From assembly GCA_964388955.1 (NCBI GenBank), contig CAYMCO010000004.1, positions 2,487 through 66,486 of the forward strand: DNA of 64,000 bases, read 5' to 3'. The notes below the pieces were generated by a model, which was not told the origin of the DNA, did not search any database, and saw only the letters and a list, made by a program, of their open reading frames with translations. Every line of letters begins with the position of its first letter. Position 1 is the stretch's first letter. Origin of the DNA: an uncultured Anaerolineaceae bacterium (lineage in GTDB: Bacteria; Chloroflexota; Anaerolineae; Anaerolineales; E44-bin32). Both the position numbers and the translations under genes were made by a program. Below, one piece after another: positions 46,184-53,234 of the stretch.

Positions 46184-46304
46184 GAAATCAGAATGATGTC
46201 GGAGCCGGCCTTTGCCGTTGGGTCATGAATCACCGCGCTGAACTCGAGAGGTGCTTCTGGATGCAAGATAGACCATTGATCAAGTGGGGGTGCTTTCGCC
46301 AATC

Positions 46305-47507
46305 ATGAATGGTGCTCTTGAGGGCCTACGGGCTGTTGAAGTGGGTGGGGGGATCTCTGGTTCTTTCTGTGCTCTGCTGATCGCCGGGTTTGGTGGGGAG
46401 GTGATCAAGATCGTCCCCCCATCATCCCGAGAGAGAGGTGGGGCGGGGCCCGAGGGTGAAAATCCGTTGGCCGAGGAAAGTTCGACTGGCTTGTTCGCGG
46501 CATTGAACAGGGGAAAGATGAGTGTCTCCCTAGACTTGACGGAGGCGGTCGGTCGTCAAATACTCATCGACCTCGCCGCCCAATGCGATGTACTCATCAT
46601 GAGCCACCCTCCCAACCAAGCGCAACAGCCGGAAGTGCCGCTCAAGAGACTTTCGCAGGCCAACCCGGGCATGATCGTGACATCGGCCTCGAATTTTGGA
46701 CTCGACGGGCCTTATGCTGGCTATCTCGCGGACGAGTTGATCCTCGATGCGCTTGGCGGCTTCGTCTACGGGATTGGCGAGCCGGAAAAGGAGCCGCTAG
46801 GCTGCCAGGGGATTCAATCGCAGGTGTTGGCGGGAGCCTGTGCCTACTTCGGCACGCTGGTGGCACTGATCTCGCGTGATCGAAATGGAGACGGCCAATC
46901 TGTTGACGTTTCGATTCAAGAGACCTTGGCAACATTGCTGGAATCCTCGCTGACCCTGGCTTCTTATAGTGGTTGGATCTGGCGTCGAAGTGGGCGACAT
47001 AGAGCGGTCGCGTACCATCCGATCTCCAACTATCCATGCCGGGATGGGTATCTGAACATCTCCATATTGGAGGACTACGAATGGAGGTCATTCTGCGAGC
47101 TCTTGGGAGCGCCTCAATTGGCAAGTGACCCCAGGTTTTCTACAGCCAAAGATAGGCTTGAGAACGCCGATGAAATCGACGGGTTGATTGGGGCCTGGCT
47201 ACAGGATCGATCGTGTGACGAAATCTATCACGAGGGTCAAGCCCGCAGAATTGCCTGTGGCCCGGTGAATACGGTTAAAGATGTCATCGCTAGTCGCCAG
47301 TTGGAAAGCCGGGAATTCTTCACGGAACTCACAGAAGGCCCCGCCTCCTTGAAGGTCACTCGGCCCCCATTTAAGATGGGCAGGACGAAATGGAACTGCC
47401 TCGACGCGCCGCATGGGCCGGGAGAGGATAATGGGCTGATCTACGAGGGCCTATTGGGCTATGATGCCGATTTCTTGGGGCAGCTGCAAAGAGAAGGGAT
47501 CATCTAA
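46305..47507 (+). CDS. family III CoA-transferase (CaiB/BaiF-type), copy 1
   Basis: N-terminal LEGLRAVEVGGGISGSFCALLIAGFGGEVIKI pattern. ATG 46305 preferred over GTG 46284. Confidence 0.85.
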   Translation: MNGALEGLRAVEVGGGISGSFCALLIAGFGGEVIKIVPPSSRERGGAGPEGENPLAEESSTGLFAALNRGKMSVSLDLTEAVGRQILIDLAAQCDVLIMSHPPNQAQQPEVPLKRLSQANPGMIVTSASNFGLDGPYAGYLADELILDALGGFVYGIGEPEKEPLGCQGIQSQVLAGACAYFGTLVALISRDRNGDGQSVDVSIQETLATLLESSLTLASYSGWIWRRSGRHRAVAYHPISNYPCRDGYLNISILEDYEWRSFCELLGAPQLASDPRFSTAKDRLENADEIDGLIGAWLQDRSCDEIYHEGQARRIACGPVNTVKDVIASRQLESREFFTELTEGPASLKVTRPPFKMGRTKWNCLDAPHGPGEDNGLIYEGLLGYDADFLGQLQREGII

Positions 47508-48803
47508 GTGAGCCGGCCTAGCGGGGACGGGTCCGGATATCCCCTCGGGAATGTCCGCATCTTGGACTGCACTCACTCTTGGGCAGGCCCCTTGGCGACG
47601 CAGATGCTCGCTTTCTTCGGAGCCCAAGTGATCCATATCGAGGCGCCTCACCGGCCGGATCGGTGGCGCGGCCCGGTCGATCCGGCAGCAGACGACCGAT
47701 TCACTTACCGTTATCCGGGCGCTTCACCTGGCGAAAGGCCGTTCGACCGCAACGCGCTCTTCAATGAGAAGAACACGAACAAGCTGGGTTTGACACTCAA
47801 TCTACTTCATCCCAAGGGCCGTGAAATCTTTGGCGCGCTGGTTCGAATAAGCGATGCAGTTGTCACAAACTTCAGTGCCCCGGCAATCCGGAAATTACAT
47901 TTGGACCATGACAGCCTGGCCGAGGTGAACCCCGAGATCGTCACCCTCTCGCTCACTGGAATGGGAGAGACCGGCCCGGAAAGAGATTATGTGGCTTGGG
48001 GAGTGACCATAGAGGCCTTGAGTGGGCTGTCAAGCATGAAAGGGTACAAGGACGGGCCTCCACTGCTCTCAAACATGGCCTATGGGGATCCGGTTGGGGG
48101 GATCTTTGGGGCGGTGGCCCTGATCACGGCAATTTGGGAAAGCCGGAAGACCGGGAGAGGCCAGCACATCGACTTGTCTCTGCTCGAATGCTCAACAACG
48201 CTGCTGCTCGACATGATCGCGGACCACTCCCTTTCGGGTTCAATCCCAAAGAGGAAAGGAAACCGGCACGAGAGCTATGCACCGAGAGGGTGCTATCGGT
48301 GCAGAGGAGAGGATAAGTGGCTCGCGATCGCAGTCACCAGCGACGCTGAATGGCGCGCATTGCAGCTGGCCATGGGGGAACCGCAATGGGCCAAGAGTGA
48401 ACGGTTCTCTACCTCAGTCGGACGAGTCAAATATCAGGATGAGATAGACAAGAACCTCGAAGAGTGGACATGTGACTTCGAACCGGATGAGCTAATGAAG
48501 GCTCTCCAGGATGCCGGCGTACCGGCGGGGTCCGTGCTCAGCAACCGGGAACTGCTGGATAATGAACAACTGAGCTCGAGGAGATTCTTCACTTTGCTTA
48601 GGCACCCTCAGGCTGGAGAGAATCCGTATCCCCGGATGCCAATCCTCTTGTCACGCACTCCAGGAGGATTGCGGAGTCCGGCACCAATGTTCGGTGAGCA
48701 CAATCGTTGGATTGTCTGTGATCTGCTTGGCTATTCCGAACAGGAATATGCCTCACTCGTGGAAGAGCAGGTCATAGGCAGTAGGCCGCTGCAAAAGGAA
48801 TAA
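47508..48803 (+). CDS. family III CoA-transferase (CaiB/BaiF-type), copy 2
   Basis: LGNVRILDCTHSWAGPLATQMLAFFGAQVIHIE pattern. The GTG start directly follows the copy 1 stop. Confidence 0.85.
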   Translation: MSRPSGDGSGYPLGNVRILDCTHSWAGPLATQMLAFFGAQVIHIEAPHRPDRWRGPVDPAADDRFTYRYPGASPGERPFDRNALFNEKNTNKLGLTLNLLHPKGREIFGALVRISDAVVTNFSAPAIRKLHLDHDSLAEVNPEIVTLSLTGMGETGPERDYVAWGVTIEALSGLSSMKGYKDGPPLLSNMAYGDPVGGIFGAVALITAIWESRKTGRGQHIDLSLLECSTTLLLDMIADHSLSGSIPKRKGNRHESYAPRGCYRCRGEDKWLAIAVTSDAEWRALQLAMGEPQWAKSERFSTSVGRVKYQDEIDKNLEEWTCDFEPDELMKALQDAGVPAGSVLSNRELLDNEQLSSRRFFTLLRHPQAGENPYPRMPILLSRTPGGLRSPAPMFGEHNRWIVCDLLGYSEQEYASLVEEQVIGSRPLQKE

Positions 48804-48893
48804 CCTTCGGAAGTTGGTACGGCGCGGCGCTTGGAGGGCATCGATCCGGATGGCTGAAAATACAAACAGAGGACAAATCGCGAGGGCGTGAGC

Positions 48894-49568
48894 ATGGCCA
48901 ACATAGATGAGGAAGGAGTGTCCACGATTGTGCGCGCCTTCCAGGATACAGCATTTGAGGAGATCCCCGCTCTGGTCAGCAAGAGTATTGATTCTGGAGG
49001 AAGCGCGACGAGCATACTCGAAGACGGACTCACCAAAGGCCTGCGGGAAATCGGGGATCGGTTCAGCCGCGGTGAACTATACCTTCCGGAAATGATGATG
49101 GCTGCAGACGCATGGAAGAGGGGAGTGGCAATACTCGATCCATTGCTGGCATCAAGCGGATACCAGCAGAAGCCGATGACGCGAGTAGTAATCGGGACTG
49201 TGAAGGGGGACATTCACTCTCTCGGCAGACAAATAGTGACCACACTACTGAGGACCGCCGGCTGCACGGTGATCGACATTGGCGAAGATGCCCCCGCCTC
49301 GAGATTCGTTCAGGAGGCAGAAGATCAATCCGCGGATATCATCGCGGCCTCCGCACTGATGACCACCACAATGCCACAACAGCGCGAAATAATGGAGCAC
49401 CTCAGGGCGAGAGGCCGGCGTCAGGATTTCTTTGTCATAGTGGGTGGGGGGTGCACTACACAGGAATGGGCTGATGAAATTGGGGCGGACGGGTACGGTG
49501 AAACGGCGGCCGACGCCGTCAGCCTGATGCATGCGTTCGTCAAAGAAGGGAAGGGGGAAGCCCGGTGA
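48894..49568 (+). CDS. corrinoid (cobalamin-binding) protein, MtmC/MttC-like
   Basis: N-terminal helical cap domain plus a B12-binding Rossmann domain with GTVKGDIHSLGRQIV (DxHxxG), SALMTTT and VIVGGG. Confidence 0.85.
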   Translation: MANIDEEGVSTIVRAFQDTAFEEIPALVSKSIDSGGSATSILEDGLTKGLREIGDRFSRGELYLPEMMMAADAWKRGVAILDPLLASSGYQQKPMTRVVIGTVKGDIHSLGRQIVTTLLRTAGCTVIDIGEDAPASRFVQEAEDQSADIIAASALMTTTMPQQREIMEHLRARGRRQDFFVIVGGGCTTQEWADEIGADGYGETAADAVSLMHAFVKEGKGEAR

Positions 49569-50953
49569 TTTCATTTCAGGAGGTCGTCCGAAGGGCGCAT
49601 ACCGGCCCCATCACATCCGAGAGGGAATTTGAGCTTGAACTCTTCATCCCAACATCACGGCGCCTGGCTGAAAGGTTTGGAATAGTCTTTGACCCCGAAA
49701 CGCCTGTGCCTGACGACGACCATCTAGCCGACAGGGTTTGGCAGGCGGGCGTCGAGTTCTTTTCAGAGATTGGGGTCTTTTGCCCGGACACTGAGCGGAG
49801 GATCCTTTTCTCACGTGAGGAAATCGAACGGCTCTTGCATGACCCACCTTCGGAAGTATGGTTCGGGGGTGGAACGGACCGTCGCCCGTTTCCCAGGCGC
49901 ATTCCCGAGAGCGAGACCCGCCCGTGGTGTTCGGTTGGCGCAGCTGGCTGTCCCGTATCCAGCGAAACAATCCTAAAGAATCTAGTCCGTCATTACGCCC
50001 TTAATCCGTATTGCGATTCGGTGACCACGCCTAGCTTGGCGCTCCTGGACGGTTTCCCAATCGTAGCCGGAAGTCCTCTTGAGGTCGAGGGTGCCATCCG
50101 CAGCGTGATGATATCGCGTGAAGGGTTGCGACAAGCGGGGCGCCCCGATCTCGCGATTGTAAATGCTGTGGCGACCGCTACGCATGCGGTGGGCCACATC
50201 GCAGGGGCGGCCCATGGAATACGCACGACGGATGCGTTGGAGATCGGGGCGCACCATGAGATGAGGGTGGATTATGACTCTTTGAACAAGGTTTCATATG
50301 CCATCAGCAAGGGTCATCAAATCTGGGCGGAAAATGGGGTCGTTCTCGGTGGAATTGCAGGCGGCCCAGCCACAACGGCCATTGTCACCGCCGCGTACAA
50401 CCTCTTGGATATGCTTGTGCTGAGAGGCTCGCTCCAACACCCATTCCCGATCCATGTCAATCTGAGGACAACGACATCAAGGGATACTCTCTGGGTTCGC
50501 AGCATTTCCAATCAGGCGATATCGAGAAATAGCTGGCTGCCAATCGCCAACCTGGGATATGTCGGCGCTGGCCCCGCAACTCAAATGGCCTTCTTGGAGA
50601 CTGCTGCATGGGTGATCGCGTCCGTCGCGAGTGGAGGTTCAATAGAAGCGGAGGGGATTGCGAAGAACGCGCACACGGATCATACCGGCCCTCTGGAACC
50701 TTACTTTGCATGCGAGGTCGCGCATGCGGTCTCCGGCTGGGGGAGAAGCCGGGCCAATGAGATAGTGAAATCCCTCCTTGAAAAGTACGAAGCCGGCCTT
50801 GATGACCCGCCCCAAGGGACAAGAATCCAGGAATGTATGGATATCGGGACAGGGGAAATCGAAGATGGTTATCGTCGAACATACCTTGAGGCGCGCGACA
50901 AGATCGCCAAAATGTGTGGGCTGCAATTCAAATGGGCTTCAATCTATGACTGA
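49565..50953 (+). CDS. MtmB-family (monomethylamine methyltransferase) homolog without pyrrolysine codon
   Basis: 462 aa, against 458 aa for MtmB. FFSEIGVFCPDTERRILFSREEIERL, AGRPDLAIVNAV and C-terminal QECMDIGTGEIEDGYRRTYLEARDKIAKMCGLQF parallel M. barkeri MtmB segments as I recall them. GTGA overlap with the corrinoid protein stop. No in-frame TAG. Confidence 0.7.
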   Translation: MISFQEVVRRAHTGPITSEREFELELFIPTSRRLAERFGIVFDPETPVPDDDHLADRVWQAGVEFFSEIGVFCPDTERRILFSREEIERLLHDPPSEVWFGGGTDRRPFPRRIPESETRPWCSVGAAGCPVSSETILKNLVRHYALNPYCDSVTTPSLALLDGFPIVAGSPLEVEGAIRSVMISREGLRQAGRPDLAIVNAVATATHAVGHIAGAAHGIRTTDALEIGAHHEMRVDYDSLNKVSYAISKGHQIWAENGVVLGGIAGGPATTAIVTAAYNLLDMLVLRGSLQHPFPIHVNLRTTTSRDTLWVRSISNQAISRNSWLPIANLGYVGAGPATQMAFLETAAWVIASVASGGSIEAEGIAKNAHTDHTGPLEPYFACEVAHAVSGWGRSRANEIVKSLLEKYEAGLDDPPQGTRIQECMDIGTGEIEDGYRRTYLEARDKIAKMCGLQFKWASIYD

Positions 50954-51105
50954 GTTCTCTGATGAAAATCTATCGCAATGAGCAGAGCGCCGACGGATCC
51001 AGGATGTTCGCTGAGTGGCGCGAAAAGAGGGTTCCAACGCCATCGTGAGAGTCGCCTGGGTCTTGAGGCGGCTTGTGATGTACCGACCAGTATGGGAGTG
51101 GCAGG

Positions 51106-52989
51106 ATGGCATACGGTTATCAGGGCTGCATCCTTCGTGTCGATCTTTCTGCTCGTACGACGAGGGTAGAACGGCCAGATGACGCGTTTTATCGGGAGTA
51201 TATGGGGGGAAGTGCTCTTGGCCTCTGCTACCTTCTGCAAGATTCCTCGGCATGGGTCGACCCATTCGATCCCGCCAACACCTTGGTATTGGCGCTGAGT
51301 GTTCTGACAGGAGCACCCGCCCCGGGGCTGAGCCGGATAACAGCCGTAGCCAAATCCCCCCTCACAGGGGCCATAGGAGATTCGCAGGCAGGGGGTTTCT
51401 TTCCGGCCCATTTGAAGTTCGCGGGATTTGACGCCATCGTCATTGAAGGCAGAGCGGAACGCCCCGTCTACCTATACCTCCACGATGGTCAGGCAGAACT
51501 GTTGCCGGCTGCCCATTTATGGCGGAAACCAACGGATCAGGTGGAAGTGATGATCCAAGAGGAATTGGGGAGCAGGAAGGTCCATGTGCTTCAGTGCGGC
51601 CCCGCCGGGGAGCGATTGGTTCGTTTCGCGGCGTTGATTAACAGGTGTAACCGCGCCAACGGTCGAACCGGCATGGGTGCAGTCTTCGGGAGCAAAAGAC
51701 TGAAGGCGATTGTCGTTTCCGGAAATCGCAAGCCAGGTCTAGCAAATCGGAAAAGACTGCTGGAGTTGGCAAGATGGGGCTCTGACAACTTCGAGTCCTC
51801 CAACATTGTTGGGCTGGGCAAATATGGGACTGCACACATCATGCATTATCAAAACTCAGCCGGTGGCCAGGTAACTCACAATTGGGAAAGCGGTGTCTTC
51901 GATGGCGCAGATTCCCTTGACGGCCGAACAATGGCTGACACGATTCTCAAGGCACGGGACACGTGCTATGCATGTCCCGTCCGCTGCAAGCGAATTGTCA
52001 AAGTGTCCAACGAATCCTGGCAAGTCGATCCGAAATTCGGGGGGCCAGAGTACGAGACGTTATCAGCGTTCGGATCTTACTGCGCAGTGGATGACCTAGC
52101 TGCCGTTTCAGCGGCAAATCAATTGTGCAACCAGTACGGGATGGACACGATATCATGCGGGGCCACGATCTCATGGGCAATGGATTGTTTTGCCCGGGGG
52201 ATACTCGGTGTTAACGACACGGGAGGGCTTGAACTGAAGTTCGGTGATGCAGAAACAATGGTCAAGGTTGTTGAGATGATAGCCAAGCGCGAGGGGTTCG
52301 GGGATTTGCTGGCGGAGGGATCGGCTCGCGCTGCGGCCACGATTGGCCGCGGCTCCGAGCAACTCGTGGTCGCTGTCAAGAATCAGGAAATCCCCGCACA
52401 CATGCCTCATCTCAAACGTAGTTTGGGGCTCATCTACGCGGTTAATCCCTTCGGACCCGACCACCAATCTTCCGAGCACGATCCCTCTTATAAGCACTAT
52501 ACAGACCGCATGGCTGCTATCGGTCTCACGGATCCGCAACCGCTAGATGCCCTGAACTTGGGAAAGGTGCGGTTCGCACTGATCACTCAACATGTCTACT
52601 CCTGTTTGGATTCCCTGAACGTATGCCAGTTTGTGTTTGGTCCCTCTTGGCAGTTGTATGACATTGGTCAGCTTGCGGATGTCGTACAAGCGGTGGCGGG
52701 GTGGGACGTAACAATCGATGAACTCCTTAAGCTGGGGGAGCGGAGGCTGAACATGATGCGAGTTTTCAATTCTCGAGCGGGATTTTCCCGCCGGGAAGAT
52801 AAGTTGCCGTTGAAGCTGCGCATCCCCTTGCAGGGAGGGAAGACAGAAGGCCTTCACATCACTGAGGAGGAGATCAGCGGGGCAAAAGATATGTACTATG
52901 AGTTGGCTGGATGGGATATTGAATCGGGGAATCCTTCCACCAAGACCCTGGAACGTTTGGGGTTGGGGTGGGCCAGTGATGAGAAATAA
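51106..52989 (+). CDS. aldehyde:ferredoxin oxidoreductase family (tungsto-/molybdopterin AOR)
   Basis: N-terminal GCILRVDLS...YMGGSALG and the [4Fe-4S] ligand region CYACPVRCKR. 627 aa. Confidence 0.88.
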   Translation: MAYGYQGCILRVDLSARTTRVERPDDAFYREYMGGSALGLCYLLQDSSAWVDPFDPANTLVLALSVLTGAPAPGLSRITAVAKSPLTGAIGDSQAGGFFPAHLKFAGFDAIVIEGRAERPVYLYLHDGQAELLPAAHLWRKPTDQVEVMIQEELGSRKVHVLQCGPAGERLVRFAALINRCNRANGRTGMGAVFGSKRLKAIVVSGNRKPGLANRKRLLELARWGSDNFESSNIVGLGKYGTAHIMHYQNSAGGQVTHNWESGVFDGADSLDGRTMADTILKARDTCYACPVRCKRIVKVSNESWQVDPKFGGPEYETLSAFGSYCAVDDLAAVSAANQLCNQYGMDTISCGATISWAMDCFARGILGVNDTGGLELKFGDAETMVKVVEMIAKREGFGDLLAEGSARAAATIGRGSEQLVVAVKNQEIPAHMPHLKRSLGLIYAVNPFGPDHQSSEHDPSYKHYTDRMAAIGLTDPQPLDALNLGKVRFALITQHVYSCLDSLNVCQFVFGPSWQLYDIGQLADVVQAVAGWDVTIDELLKLGERRLNMMRVFNSRAGFSRREDKLPLKLRIPLQGGKTEGLHITEEEISGAKDMYYELAGWDIESGNPSTKTLERLGLGWASDEK

Positions 52990-52997
52990 GCCGCACC

Positions 52998-53026
52998 CCC
53001 GAGTATCTGCTTCGGGCTTTCCGTTT
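52998..53026 (+). terminator. weak hairpin + T-rich tract after the AOR gene
   Basis: CCCGAG-TATCTGC-TTCGGG followed by CTTTCCGTTT. Confidence 0.3.
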
Positions 53027-53234
53027 GACCCATGTTTGCGCCTGCCAGATTCTCGTGGCCCCACACGCGCATTTCAATGAAATCAACTCGCGGCTTTCCA
53101 GGATATTGAGTTTACGCAAAGAAAGAGCAGTTTGAAAGCTTCCGAAACCTGAAATCTGAGAGCGAATCGGTGGACGAACCGGAGTAGATATCCCACGGCG
53201 AACCATTGCCCGGATAGGGAGTGAACAATCAGCC

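Noticed and set aside
37109-50953. Pyrrolysine (in-frame TAG) read-through in the MttB- and MtmB-family genes
   Set aside because: Both ORFs are uninterrupted at full family length, and no pylT-like tRNA or pyl genes are visible in the window. They are treated as non-Pyl homologs.
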